From a virus (lineage: Duplodnaviria; Caudoviricetes): a DNA stretch of 64,000 bases. The stretch spans positions 64,001 to 128,000 of IMG/VR virus record IMGVR_UViG_3300023048_000002; one strand, written 5' to 3'. The notes beneath the pieces are model-generated. The model was not told where the DNA came from. It made no database searches and worked only from the letters and a program-made list of their open reading frames with translations. Within the stretch, counting starts at the first letter, position 1, and each line of letters begins with the position of its first letter. This document shows, piece by piece, positions 1-10,378 of this stretch. Made by a program: the position numbers and the translations under genes.

Positions 1-488
1 ATCTCAAGGAAATCAAACATGTCTCTGCTACTAAATTGGCCCATGACAGCCATTAATGGAAATAAGTCCAAGGCTCTGTCATCAAACTTGAAATGCAAGC
101 CAACAGAATGGAATACTTTATTTAAGAATGGGATATGGAATGAGTTTGCACGATAACCGAACACTGGAATAGAGTCCTTGACTCCGAAGTGCTTATAGAT
201 GAATTCACCTAGGATTGCGGCTGCATCCTCAAATGTCTCACCATCATCTCTCAAGTCTGATGTAATACCATGAATATCTTCTAGACGAGAATCCCAAGTA
301 TACTTCTTAGAATCAAATTTTATCTGTACTGATACAGTCTCTTCAAACTTCAATGTGGATGTGTTCAGTAGGCCTAGAGCCACTGTTAATGGTTGGTTGT
401 TTGCAGTGATGTCATCACCCTTACTGACACCTGTGGTGTGGCAGTGAATTGCTAATACTTTTTCAAACTTCTTACTTGCTGCTGTCAT
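1..488 (-). CDS. DnaQ/DEDDh exonuclease-fold protein with His-substituted active site (runs off window edge)
   Basis: Manually translated from ATG 488 (SD GAGGA): VLAIHCHTTG...IHGIT...GYRANSFHIPFL, matching ExoI (DxETTG) and ExoII (HNxxFD) spacing; not in ORF track. Confidence 0.7.
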   Translation of the reverse strand, partial: MTAASKKFEKVLAIHCHTTGVSKGDDITANNQPLTVALGLLNTSTLKFEETVSVQIKFDSKKYTWDSRLEDIHGITSDLRDDGETFEDAAAILGEFIYKHFGVKDSIPVFGYRANSFHIPFLNKVFHSVGLHFKFDDRALDLFPLMAVMGQFSSRDMFDFLE

Positions 489-756
489 CTGTTAATTCCT
501 CTTGAATATCTGACTTTTCTTCTGCGTTCATTTTTCTTGCCTTCCTGATAGCATCCTGAAACTGAAGCTGTGCTAGGAGTGCATATACTTTCTTATTAAC
601 CTTTGCTAATTTCTTTCTAAAATACTCCTTCTTTAAACTCGTCTTGGCTGTATCAATTTCGTATTTAAGCGCCACAGCCTCTTTACTTAGAGTCTGTACG
701 TTGATTGCATTCTTCCAGTCTGAGCGAGTAACAGGTGTGATCGGAGTGTCTTGCAT
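472..756 (-). CDS. hypothetical protein
   Basis: 94 aa ORF overlapping the start of the next gene. Confidence 0.6.
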   Translation of the reverse strand: MQDTPITPVTRSDWKNAINVQTLSKEAVALKYEIDTAKTSLKKEYFRKKLAKVNKKVYALLAQLQFQDAIRKARKMNAEEKSDIQEELTDDSSK

Positions 757-815
757 TAGGATATTCCTTTGGGTTATCCTAAAATTATATCATTCACCTC
801 TTATACAGTCAATCT

Positions 816-1565
816 TTACTGAACCATACCTGTAATGTTTAAATACTGGACATTACCGATTGTTATTGTTTTTGCTTTCTGCTCACCGTCATCTGACATA
901 TGCGTATTAGGATCGATGTCAGTACCAGCAAGAATTGCCTTTCTTACAGATGTTTCTTGTTTGATGTTGTCGCCAACGTTAAATACCCATAGTTCTTCAT
1001 AGGTTCCATTCTCAGTCTTTCTTTTATAGACTAAGCATGCTCCACGTACTGTGCGGATGGTGCCTTGGAAATCAGGATCACCTTCTTCACTTGTACCAAA
1101 GCCATCATCGTCGCCAAAGCTGAACTCATCATCCTGACCTTCGTCACCAAATCCCATATCGTCTTCAGCAGCAAAGCCATCATCATCCAAATCAAACTCT
1201 GTGGTTTGGTCATCTGGAATGTCAGGTGTGATTAAACGATTAACTGGTGCGTCAACGGTGGTTGGATCACTCCAAGATGCTTCTTCATCTTCTAAAGGAT
1301 AACGACTAGCATTAATGTAATGATCTTCGGCTTCATCATCAATCGAATCAAGGTCGAAAGCAGTGTCACCAGTTTTGTAGGCTCTACGGTTTTGTAAGCT
1401 TGAATTCTCATCTGGCGTCCCAGCAAATGGTTCATCATCAAACATCTTGAAATCATCATCAGAATCATCGAAAGAAGATACACCAGTCTTAAGATGATCA
1501 ATGTCATCTTGATTCTTGATGATGTAGGTTCTTCCTGTATTTTTATTAGTGATTCTAATGCTCAT
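816..1565 (-). CDS. very acidic hypothetical protein, probably virion-associated
   Basis: D/E-rich; TAAATA late motif upstream. Confidence 0.6.
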   Translation of the reverse strand: MSIRITNKNTGRTYIIKNQDDIDHLKTGVSSFDDSDDDFKMFDDEPFAGTPDENSSLQNRRAYKTGDTAFDLDSIDDEAEDHYINASRYPLEDEEASWSDPTTVDAPVNRLITPDIPDDQTTEFDLDDDGFAAEDDMGFGDEGQDDEFSFGDDDGFGTSEEGDPDFQGTIRTVRGACLVYKRKTENGTYEELWVFNVGDNIKQETSVRKAILAGTDIDPNTHMSDDGEQKAKTITIGNVQYLNITGMVQ

Positions 1566-1646
1566 TTAATGTTTCCGGCTTATTTTTATATTTATCAACC
1601 TAGGAGGCTCTAGGATAAATATTAAAGTTATGGAAACCGGCTGAGT

Positions 1647-4600
1647 ATGAGCGATAATTATAGTGTAATTTATTTAGATATGGATACTGGCAATAAGCTG
1701 TATCTTGAAAAAGCATTGGGTAGTGGCATCGCTCAGTTTAAATACATCCAGAATGTTCCTGCTGCAACATGGACTCTCTTCCATCAACAGTTTTCTGATA
1801 AGTTTGTTATTTCAATTACAGATGAGAATAATGAAGAGATTGTTCCTGACAGCATTGTTGTCTTCGATCTAGATACTATTGCCATTCATTTCTCGGAACC
1901 AGTAATGGGTAAGGCTATCCTTATCATATTTGATAAGAGTAATGCACTCCCAAGTCCAACACCAACAACCACTGCAAGTAACACGCTGACCCCAACTCCT
2001 TCAGTGAGCAAGAGTGTGTCTGCAACTCCAACGCCTACACCTACTAATACACGCACAATTAGTGTAACCCCATCAATCACAGCTTCTATGCATGCTAGTG
2101 CAACACCGTCACCAACCGTTACATTGACTGCCACACCAACTCCTACTCTTACTGTAACACCTAGCGCATCCTCAGCAGTTATCCTGCTTGATGGTCATGT
2201 TGCTGATGCACTAATTAATGATTCCGTTGCCGGTTCATACATGATTGTAAATGGTGATGTTTCTGGAACATTTAGCATATCGAATGATATGGGTGACGAT
2301 GCAACCTTCAGCATTAATTCCGGTACGTTCCCAGCAGGTCTATCTTTGAATAGTGATGGTACCTTTGCTGGTGCATACAATACCGCAGGTAGCTTTACAT
2401 GGGTTGTAAAAGCTGTGGATTCTGAAGGCCGTGTTGGTATGCTTGAAGATAGTAACCAAGTTGCTACCATTGCTGGCTACATTAATGCCACCGCCGTTCT
2501 TGGTGCACAGGTACAATCAAGTAATGCATTAACCCCTCGTGGCCTATGGGCTTTCGTAATGGGTGATTTTGACTTTGTTAATAGATTAATTACTCTATAT
2601 GTGGATGATGTTAATAGAGGAACGGCTCCTGCTGAAGTCGGCCCACAGACAAACATTGATATCACCATCGGTGGTATCAATTATTCATCCGAAGGAATCT
2701 CTGGATGGAGAGGTGATATTTGGGGTGCTGGTATTGCGAATGGTGGTTTGACGGCTGATGAAAGAAGTCTACTATGGAATTCTGGTAACGGTATTCGCTT
2801 TGATGATTTGTCAACTAGAACAGATTCAGTATCTCAGTCACTTTGGGCAAAGATGGCATATGCTTGGCAGTTAGATGACGATGCTACTGGTGATACTTAT
2901 ATCGATTTGACCGGACACAAGAACCTAAGCAAATCTTATACACTAACAAATCGTGATGATAGTAAGTTTGGTAGAGTAACTAATTTCCCTAAATCTGGTA
3001 AGCTAACTGCTATCAACTCAAGTTCAGACGGTTTTGAAAGTAATGATCATTCAACATACTTCGCTTGGGTATTTGCGGAAGTTGAACAGACTGATGACTT
3101 CCCATCTGTAATTTCAAGATATAATGGCGGTGGTAACTTCCAAGGTATCCGTTGCTTCTGGACATCTGATGTCACAGACCCAACTCCAACTCCATCACCA
3201 TCTGTTACACCTTCGCCAGTGACCCCAACTCCTACACCATCTATTAGTATGAGTGTATCTTTAACTCCTTTAGTCACCCCCACGCCAACACCGAGTGTAT
3301 CTACAGGACCAATAATACCATACGAATCAGCTATTTTAAATAGAGGTCCATTAGTATTCTTAAAACTCAATGAGACTTCTGGCTTAATTGCAAAAGATTC
3401 AAGTGGCAATGGCCGTGATGGTACCTATAATAATACAACCATCATCGGTGCTAATGGTCTATATGGGTCACCGTACTCGGCGCGTACCAACTTTGCAGGG
3501 TTTAATATTCCTTGGGATGCTGGCTTAGATGTTACCGGTGATTTCACTATTTTCATGACTGCAAAGATATCTTCTGCAAGCAATAGTAATCAATATCCAA
3601 AATTGGTAAGCAAATATGCTGGTGATGCATCTTCTGGATATGCTACCTATATGCTACAGATGACTGGTAGCAGTGGTGATATGACTAGTCGTGTGAGTAC
3701 AACAGATAACTCATATAATGATATTACTACTTCATATCCCGTAAATGATGACATCACACGTCTATATGCAGTAAGACGCTCTGGTAATGAAGTATCATAT
3801 TTCATTAATGATACCTTGATTGGTAGTATTACTGTCAGTGGTAATAACAGTATTTCAAATTCCCCAATACAAATTGGTGGTGATAATAATGCCCGTGATG
3901 GAATGGATGCAAATGTGCAATGGTTTAGTGTATTTGATTACGCTATAGCTGATAATGATATTACAAGCCTATATTATCTAGCATCGGGTATTACTCCTAC
4001 ACCTACGCCATCAGTAAGCCCTTCCAGTACTCCTAATTTGACTTCAATTGATCCATATTTTAATAATGTTGTATCTCTACTACACTTGGATGGCGATAAT
4101 GGTTCACAAACAATCACTGATCAGATTTCAAGTAATCAATGGACAGCACGTTTAGCCGCAGGGTTGAGTAATGAAAAAACATTAGTATCTGGTACATGTG
4201 CTAGCTTACCCGGAACCGCATATAGTTATCTATCAACCCCATATAACCCAATCTATGACTTCGGTACTGGTGATTTTACTATCGAAATTACAGTCATGTT
4301 CAGAGCATTCAATGGTGAATATCAAATATTTGCATCAAGACAATGTGATAGTCCAGTTTCTATAGCAGTCCAACTTAGGTTAAATCCATCGAATATTATT
4401 GAAACAACCCTCCGTTCAGGAGATGGTAGCCAAGTATTGAATGTGGCAGGCACATCAGTATTATCTGAAAATACCAAGTATTCTATTGGTGTTCGTAGAT
4501 TAAATGGTATTGTAGAACTTTATGTAAATAATATCATGGAAGGCACTATTGCATGTGCATATGATATGTATGATGCTGCTCAAACCCATGGTTGGGTGCT

Positions 4601-5378
4601 TGGTACTGGTGATGGTAATGATCCGGGGAGTGGTAATAACCTCAATGGATGGCTTGATGAATTCCGTGTCACCAAGGGTGTTGCACGAGATTTAACCATT
4701 CCACAAGTTGGACCCTTCCCTGATGTATCAGGGACAACTCCTATGCCTACACCATCTGTAACACCAAGCCCATCAGTAGGCCAAAGAACCTATTTTGACC
4801 CAAATAACTCTTCACCAAGTATAACGACTACATCAAGTAATTCATATCGTGTAGCTACACGATCAACTGATCCTGACAATTATGTAAGTATCAAATCATA
4901 TGGTCATTCAACCGGGAAATATTATCTAGAGATTGTAACGAATACGGTAGGAAGTTGGGATGGTGGTATATTAGCCGGTTTTGGTTTTTCTAATGCTTTA
5001 AATAATACCTATGCTGGTGCAGATGCTTCAACCTCGATAAGTCTACAGAGTAATACCAGTGGCGATAATGCTAATGGATATGGTTTTAAAAATTGTACCA
5101 ATTCATCAGTTGATCGTATAGATGGTGTCAATAGATACTTCCGTCTGGCAATTGATTTTGATGCTGGAAAATTATGGATAGGCTCTGAGACGATATGGGC
5201 ATGTGGTGGAAGTGATCCATCTATTGGCAGTTCACCATTTGGAAACTTCACACCAAATACCATGATGTATGTAATGGCTTCCATGTATGACTCAGGTAAC
5301 AGTGTAACTATGAATGCATACTCTGATGAAATGATCGGAGCCATACCTACTGGTTTCTTACCATGGGGTGGTTCATGA
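1647..5378 (+). CDS. modular fibre/adhesin: PT linkers, Ig-like, several ConA/LamG lectin domains, SPRY-like C-terminus
   Basis: TPTPS repeats; FPAGLSLNSDGTFAG (Ig-like); LKLNETSGLIAKDSSGNGRDG, SLLHLDGDNGS...NGWLDEFRVTKGVAR (LamG); HSTGKYYLEI...AIDFDAGKLW (SPRY). Confidence 0.75.
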   Translation: MSDNYSVIYLDMDTGNKLYLEKALGSGIAQFKYIQNVPAATWTLFHQQFSDKFVISITDENNEEIVPDSIVVFDLDTIAIHFSEPVMGKAILIIFDKSNALPSPTPTTTASNTLTPTPSVSKSVSATPTPTPTNTRTISVTPSITASMHASATPSPTVTLTATPTPTLTVTPSASSAVILLDGHVADALINDSVAGSYMIVNGDVSGTFSISNDMGDDATFSINSGTFPAGLSLNSDGTFAGAYNTAGSFTWVVKAVDSEGRVGMLEDSNQVATIAGYINATAVLGAQVQSSNALTPRGLWAFVMGDFDFVNRLITLYVDDVNRGTAPAEVGPQTNIDITIGGINYSSEGISGWRGDIWGAGIANGGLTADERSLLWNSGNGIRFDDLSTRTDSVSQSLWAKMAYAWQLDDDATGDTYIDLTGHKNLSKSYTLTNRDDSKFGRVTNFPKSGKLTAINSSSDGFESNDHSTYFAWVFAEVEQTDDFPSVISRYNGGGNFQGIRCFWTSDVTDPTPTPSPSVTPSPVTPTPTPSISMSVSLTPLVTPTPTPSVSTGPIIPYESAILNRGPLVFLKLNETSGLIAKDSSGNGRDGTYNNTTIIGANGLYGSPYSARTNFAGFNIPWDAGLDVTGDFTIFMTAKISSASNSNQYPKLVSKYAGDASSGYATYMLQMTGSSGDMTSRVSTTDNSYNDITTSYPVNDDITRLYAVRRSGNEVSYFINDTLIGSITVSGNNSISNSPIQIGGDNNARDGMDANVQWFSVFDYAIADNDITSLYYLASGITPTPTPSVSPSSTPNLTSIDPYFNNVVSLLHLDGDNGSQTITDQISSNQWTARLAAGLSNEKTLVSGTCASLPGTAYSYLSTPYNPIYDFGTGDFTIEITVMFRAFNGEYQIFASRQCDSPVSIAVQLRLNPSNIIETTLRSGDGSQVLNVAGTSVLSENTKYSIGVRRLNGIVELYVNNIMEGTIACAYDMYDAAQTHGWVLGTGDGNDPGSGNNLNGWLDEFRVTKGVARDLTIPQVGPFPDVSGTTPMPTPSVTPSPSVGQRTYFDPNNSSPSITTTSSNSYRVATRSTDPDNYVSIKSYGHSTGKYYLEIVTNTVGSWDGGILAGFGFSNALNNTYAGADASTSISLQSNTSGDNANGYGFKNCTNSSVDRIDGVNRYFRLAIDFDAGKLWIGSETIWACGGSDPSIGSSPFGNFTPNTMMYVMASMYDSGNSVTMNAYSDEMIGAIPTGFLPWGGS

Positions 5379-5427
5379 TTTACAACCTCATTTTCGAAAA
5401 CATAAATAACAATAAACCGGCTTACAC

Positions 5428-5862
5428 ATGAAGAAACAGTTAAATTTTCAACCGCTTATCGTAGAAGAACATCCTAAAGATTATAATGGTTACGAGTTCA
5501 TTACTCTAATCAAATATAACGATCAGAATTTCTTGACAATTGTTGACAATATCACGAATAACCAAATAGTAGCCTATGTTCTAGACTACTGTAATTTGAT
5601 TAAGATTGATGAAGAAGAGATTATTTCTATTGCAAATAATTGGTATGAGAATCACAGAGCCGAACATCCTATCTCTATCGAGTTCTTTAAACATGGAATT
5701 GCTCAAGACATGTCTAAATTAATCCGATGCTTCTCAACAGATTATGTAGTAAGAGTCATCGGACCTATCTATAAGTTCAATATGAAGGGTCCAACAAAGG
5801 TTAGACGTAGAAAGAAGAAATCCATCCCAGCAGCAATGGATTTCGTTGACAGAACAATTTAA
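5428..5862 (+). CDS. hypothetical protein
   Basis: 144 aa ORF, ATAAATA at 5402-5408, basic C-terminus. Confidence 0.7.
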   Translation: MKKQLNFQPLIVEEHPKDYNGYEFITLIKYNDQNFLTIVDNITNNQIVAYVLDYCNLIKIDEEEIISIANNWYENHRAEHPISIEFFKHGIAQDMSKLIRCFSTDYVVRVIGPIYKFNMKGPTKVRRRKKKSIPAAMDFVDRTI

Positions 5863-6218
5863 AGCATTGACTGAATTAGTTCATAGGATTCTAGATTAAC
5901 GTATTCCTGCTTGTTAGTCTCAAAATCCTTTAACTGAGTTTCACCTTCTGGTGTTAACTGTCCCATCTGATCTACCAGATTGTTATTATACAAAGCATCC
6001 TTTCCGCTAGGTGACAGAGCAAGCTGATTCGCGCTCTGTTGCACGAGTCCTAGTCTTACCAACTCATCCTTAGCCTGAATAGTGTTAGGAGAACCTGATG
6101 CCATATCAAAGGCCTGCTGTGGTGTTGCAGAAGCGAACACAGTTACTAGCATACCTTTCTGTGAATCGGTTAGATTCGTTGTTGGTGCTTCGCTTAGGAT
6201 ATCCCTAATCTTTTTCAT
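5859..6218 (-). CDS. hypothetical protein, possible head-internal protein
   Basis: N-terminus MKKIRDILSE resembles T4 capsid-targeting/prohead protease leader. Confidence 0.55.
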   Translation of the reverse strand: MKKIRDILSEAPTTNLTDSQKGMLVTVFASATPQQAFDMASGSPNTIQAKDELVRLGLVQQSANQLALSPSGKDALYNNNLVDQMGQLTPEGETQLKDFETNKQEYVNLESYELIQSML

Positions 6219-6784
6219 AGTCGTCCCATTTTGATTAAATGCAATTGAAGAACCACGAGAAGAGCGTATGCCAGAGCATGCGCTTTTTTCATATGCGACT
6301 TATCTCTGATCGTGTAAAGCTCTTTACGATGTTCTTTCTTATTCTTTAGATATTTATCCAATATCTTTTCTTTCATTGGTCTAATGAAAGCAATGGCATC
6401 AGCAATTTCTAGAACGGATGTTGGCTTGATGGCATAGACAATATCGAAGTGACCAGTTAGATGGAACAGTTTGTCCACATTAGATCGTTCAAGCAATAGC
6501 TTCCAGTCTGGTTCAATATCCAGAAGGTCATCCATTTCTTTCTTAGAACTGAACAGCTTCAATGTATTATTGTTAAGCATGTCAATCTTGAAATACCCTT
6601 CCTGCTCTGCATCCTCATAAGGAATAGCAGACAGCTTGGTCATCCGATCCTTCGGAATGTTTTGAAAATATATGCCCACAGGATGGGGCTTCAATTGTCC
6701 GTTCTGAACCATTGAAGCCTTTGTGGCTAAGTTGAAAAGTTTGAAGGGATTGACATCCGGTCGGATGTCGATGTCTATATCCAT
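6215..6784 (-). CDS. dnaE: DNA polymerase III alpha (DnaE)-like, catalytic palm/fingers fragment
   Basis: MDIDID (PDFDVD), HPVGIY (HAGG), GYFKIDML (KFDFL), FIRP, KKAHALAYA (NKSHSAAYA). Confidence 0.8.
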   Translation of the reverse strand: MDIDIDIRPDVNPFKLFNLATKASMVQNGQLKPHPVGIYFQNIPKDRMTKLSAIPYEDAEQEGYFKIDMLNNNTLKLFSSKKEMDDLLDIEPDWKLLLERSNVDKLFHLTGHFDIVYAIKPTSVLEIADAIAFIRPMKEKILDKYLKNKKEHRKELYTIRDKSHMKKAHALAYALLVVLQLHLIKMGRL

Positions 6785-7434
6785 TTTTTTGAGCCCAATA
6801 CTAGTAAGTCTCTTTTGAGTATATCACATTCTTCCAATGTTTCAATCTCATCAATTCTTTTCTTGTATTGGTTCTTGATCTGTTCGACGGATATGAGTCG
6901 CAACAAATAATTTTTTCTTGCCTTCACGAATATGTGAGCTACTGATTCATGTGAACGGCCACTATGCTTTGATTCTAATTCTATTAGAATATTATGTTCA
7001 GTCTTTCCATCAAAGAAACGAACCGCTTCTTCAAAACGCTCAAGCATCAAATCTCGGGAATCGAAATCATCTTGAATGCTACTGACAACATTACGAATGA
7101 TTTCACGAACCATTCGTCTTAGCTCTTCTTTATAATGTTCTATAGATTTGTAATCAGTACTCTTGTACTTGACCGGAGGAATATGTTTCTGTAAGTCAGC
7201 AAGAAACTCCATAGCTTTCCCAATATCATGGAAATCATCTACGGAGCGTACTTTGATTCTCCACTGTTTCCAGAGTTCCATGATGGATGGTTCAAGTTCA
7301 ACGTCTTTCACAAAAATCCAATCACTGTTGGATAACATGCGGTTACGTATTGACTTTACTTCATTCCAATCATTTTTTCTCTTTTCATCAGTGGTAGATA
7401 TCTTTAGACTTTTTATTCTTTTAATTTCAGTCAT
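6775..7434 (-). CDS. tail fibre assembly chaperone-like protein
   Basis: RNRMLSNSDW...WKQWRIKVRSV motif; directly downstream of the fibre genes. Confidence 0.6.
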   Translation of the reverse strand: MTEIKRIKSLKISTTDEKRKNDWNEVKSIRNRMLSNSDWIFVKDVELEPSIMELWKQWRIKVRSVDDFHDIGKAMEFLADLQKHIPPVKYKSTDYKSIEHYKEELRRMVREIIRNVVSSIQDDFDSRDLMLERFEEAVRFFDGKTEHNILIELESKHSGRSHESVAHIFVKARKNYLLRLISVEQIKNQYKKRIDEIETLEECDILKRDLLVLGSKKWI

Positions 7435-8618
7435 TAGTCGGTGTGGATATATCTGTACTGGACAGTTACGTTGTTAGTGTAAGCTACAACGCCACGAGCA
7501 TCCGTGACTTTGTAACGGAAGATTGTTGTGTAGCGTGGTGTACCAGTACCATCATCATCCGCACCAATGGTTGCCTTAGGACCAATCCATGAAATGGATA
7601 GCGCACCCGGTGTTGCTGTGTTGAATGAACCAAATGTATTCAAGCTATCACCACTGATCAAATCATAACCATAAGTGTATGGACCAACACCACCTACAGC
7701 AGTCAATGTCGATGATCTTGATGGAGTGCACTGGTCAGTTGATAGACCATTACATGAAGATACAAAGGATGATGCTGGAACGCCGATAACTAGCGGTGCT
7801 GCTGATGCTGATGGCGTGTTGGACGGTGTTGGAGTAGGTGATGGTGAAATCGTTGGTGAAGGTGTCAATGACGTTGCTGGTGTGGCTGAAATTGAGGCCT
7901 GTGGTGTTGGGGTAGGTGTTACGGTAGGTACTGGTGTGGCACTTCGTGTAACCGTTGGAGTAGGTGTTGCAGACTGACCAACAGAAGATGTTGGTGTTGG
8001 TGACGGTGTTGGTGTGATCTGTACTGTAGGCTGTGACTGATTTACGTTACCACCAATACCCACAATCATATAGTTAGCCAAACCACCAACCACGTTTGAT
8101 ACGCCAACGTATCTCATCTTCATAGACACCAAACCATTATTATCAGTTTGGCATTCTAAGTAATCAATCTTTTGTGGAATGTTGAATGGACTTACAATCC
8201 AAACACATTCCGAGTATTCAAATGTTCTACCAGAAGACTCACTGACAGGCTTAGGAATGTACTGACCGTCTGAAATGATGCCCCAATTGGCAGCAACGTC
8301 ATCTTCACGGGCAATAGGAATCCACTTTGAACCATCATAATAATTCAATAGCTTCTTTGTACTATTCCACCACCATTGACCTTCAATCTTATCCTGAAAC
8401 AAACTATCTACGGCACGATTTTGATCGGGATTGCCGGGATTATTTGCATCTTCTGGACATGCGAAGTTCTCAAGGATATGAATTAGATTATCCTGAAGTT
8501 CCTTACCATAGGCAAGACGCTTACGACCGAACAATGTAATGTCAGTCGAGTTATTAACCTCAGTCTCATCAATCATGATAGGAAGTTTGGTCTTGTCAGT
8601 AAAGTTAATAGTATACAT
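7434..8618 (-). CDS. fibre/baseplate-anchored protein paralog 3 (no Hint)
   Basis: Shared N-domain (LFGR..YG..L..NL.H.LENFACP...EGQ.WWNS...W), PT linker, unique C-domain. Confidence 0.7.
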   Translation of the reverse strand: MYTINFTDKTKLPIMIDETEVNNSTDITLFGRKRLAYGKELQDNLIHILENFACPEDANNPGNPDQNRAVDSLFQDKIEGQWWWNSTKKLLNYYDGSKWIPIAREDDVAANWGIISDGQYIPKPVSESSGRTFEYSECVWIVSPFNIPQKIDYLECQTDNNGLVSMKMRYVGVSNVVGGLANYMIVGIGGNVNQSQPTVQITPTPSPTPTSSVGQSATPTPTVTRSATPVPTVTPTPTPQASISATPATSLTPSPTISPSPTPTPSNTPSASAAPLVIGVPASSFVSSCNGLSTDQCTPSRSSTLTAVGGVGPYTYGYDLISGDSLNTFGSFNTATPGALSISWIGPKATIGADDDGTGTPRYTTIFRYKVTDARGVVAYTNNVTVQYRYIHTD

Positions 8619-8621
8619 TAA

Positions 8622-8792
8622 TTAATCCCAAGTCTCAAAGTCTTCAATTTTACTGCCAATCAAATCTGGTGTGAATTCCTCATCAGGCATTTCACAGACG
8701 ATATAGCCGTTCTTTGAAGCATCTTCAATATTTATTGGCTTGATAGCACTACCAATGATTACATTATCTGTTTGTCTTACAATTAAAAACAT
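8622..8792 (-). CDS. 56 aa acidic hypothetical protein (not in ORF track)
   Basis: MFLIVRQTDNVIIGSAIKPINIEDASKNGYIVCEMPDEEFTPDLIGSKIEDFETWD; SD AAGGA; fills the operon gap. Confidence 0.7.
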   Translation of the reverse strand: MFLIVRQTDNVIIGSAIKPINIEDASKNGYIVCEMPDEEFTPDLIGSKIEDFETWD

Positions 8793-8801
8793 AGTTAATC
8801 C

Positions 8802-8975
8802 TTAAATTAGGCACTCTTGATACGTACCATCATTACAGAAGCATCCATCCATGATAGATGAACCTCCGCCATGACCTAAACATTGCTTATCACAAGTAGT
8901 GCAGCGCTTGATATCAATAGTCAAGTCTTCACGTTTAGGATATTTATTTTTCTTTGGCTTCTCGTTATCAGTCAT
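8802..8975 (-). CDS. 57 aa Cys-rich protein (not in ORF track)
   Basis: MTDNEKPKKNKYPKREDLTIDIKRCTTCDKQCLGHGGGSSIMDGCFCNDGTYQECLI; SD AAGGT; fills the operon gap. Confidence 0.7.
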   Translation of the reverse strand: MTDNEKPKKNKYPKREDLTIDIKRCTTCDKQCLGHGGGSSIMDGCFCNDGTYQECLI

Positions 8976-8984
8976 ATTATTACC

Positions 8985-10376
8985 TTAAACGTCGGAACAG
9001 CAGTTTGGTGGAATCCAAGTACCTGTACCATCTGCACAATAGCAGCACTTAATGTTATGGTGAAGAATAAATGCATCTGACTGTTCACCAGCCCAAAAAC
9101 ACTTATCGCCAACAGTGATATGCTGAACCCAAATATCACCCTCATCAGTTACGCTAATAGCTTCTTCCCACTTTGATTCACCGTCAACCATGACAGCTAC
9201 ATGCTTACCTAAAACGAATGGTGCTTCAATGACACCTTCAGTTGTAGGAATTGGTGCAGTAGTTGAACATACTAGCGAGATACCAGTTCTGGTAACAATT
9301 CTTACTGACGGCTGCAAGCTTGGTTCAGAATAAGTGACAATACCTGTACCCGGAGTCAAATCATCTTGATCGGCTAAGATCATAGAATCGCCCGGTTTAA
9401 TTTCACCAGCAATTCTTCCATCAGGCAGGAATGAGTTAACTGCTACACAGCAGTGAGCCTGTATCGCTTCACAACGCTGACATGCATTCAAGAATGGTGA
9501 TGGCGATGGCGTGATAGTTGGAACTGGTGTATTTGAAGGTACTGGTGTGTTAGATGGTGCCGGAGTATTTGATGGTGCTGGTGTTGGCGAAGGAACAGGT
9601 GTAGGTGTTCTTGTGCTAGTTGGCACTGGTGTATTAGTTGGAGCCGCTGTTCTTGTTGGGGTAGGTGTAGGTGTTCTTGTTACAGTAGCCGTTACTGACG
9701 GTGTTGGTGTAGCTGATGCCGTTGGTGTAGGTGTAGGTGTTCTTGAAACGAAAGGAGTTTGAGGAATAACATTCATATTACCTGCATTAACGTTTCCACT
9801 AATAGCAATAATCATGTAGTTAGCAATGCCTTTCGATAAAGCATCATCACCATAGGCTCTGTACTTCATTGAAACTATACCAGAGTTATCCGTAGTGCAA
9901 AGCATGTAAGTGAAAGCCTGTGGAAGCTTTGCAGGAGATACAGCCCAAATGCATTCACTATAATCATAAACGTAACCATTATAACGATTAACTGGACGTG
10001 GAATTTGCTGGCCGTCCTGAATCTGGCCCCAATTAGCTGCAACATCACCCTGTGTTCTTAAAATTTCCCACTGTGCACTATTGAAAACATACATCTTCTT
10101 ATCAGTGCTGTTAAACCATAACTGACCTTCTGTAGGAGTATCCAATGCACCACCATTGATCGTGGCGTCTGGAAATACATTTGAGTCAGTTGAAGCTGCG
10201 TCTTGAGGGCATGCAAATCTTTCAAGAAGATGTAGCATGTTTTCATTTAGCTCTTCACCATATTCAAGATCAACTCTACCAAACAATGAAATTGCAGTAG
10301 AGGTGTCATCCTTAGTACCTTCTTTAAGGGTAATAGGAGTTTTGTTGATATCTGTAAATCTTACGTTGTAATCCAT
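8985..10376 (-). CDS. fibre paralog 2 with C-terminal Hint domain (aa 310-441)
   Basis: Shared N-domain, PT linker, CVAVNSFLPDG...IKPGD...VQHITVGDKCFWAG...ILHHN. Confidence 0.8.
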   Translation of the reverse strand: MDYNVRFTDINKTPITLKEGTKDDTSTAISLFGRVDLEYGEELNENMLHLLERFACPQDAASTDSNVFPDATINGGALDTPTEGQLWFNSTDKKMYVFNSAQWEILRTQGDVAANWGQIQDGQQIPRPVNRYNGYVYDYSECIWAVSPAKLPQAFTYMLCTTDNSGIVSMKYRAYGDDALSKGIANYMIIAISGNVNAGNMNVIPQTPFVSRTPTPTPTASATPTPSVTATVTRTPTPTPTRTAAPTNTPVPTSTRTPTPVPSPTPAPSNTPAPSNTPVPSNTPVPTITPSPSPFLNACQRCEAIQAHCCVAVNSFLPDGRIAGEIKPGDSMILADQDDLTPGTGIVTYSEPSLQPSVRIVTRTGISLVCSTTAPIPTTEGVIEAPFVLGKHVAVMVDGESKWEEAISVTDEGDIWVQHITVGDKCFWAGEQSDAFILHHNIKCCYCADGTGTWIPPNCCSDV

Positions 10377-10378
10377 TG

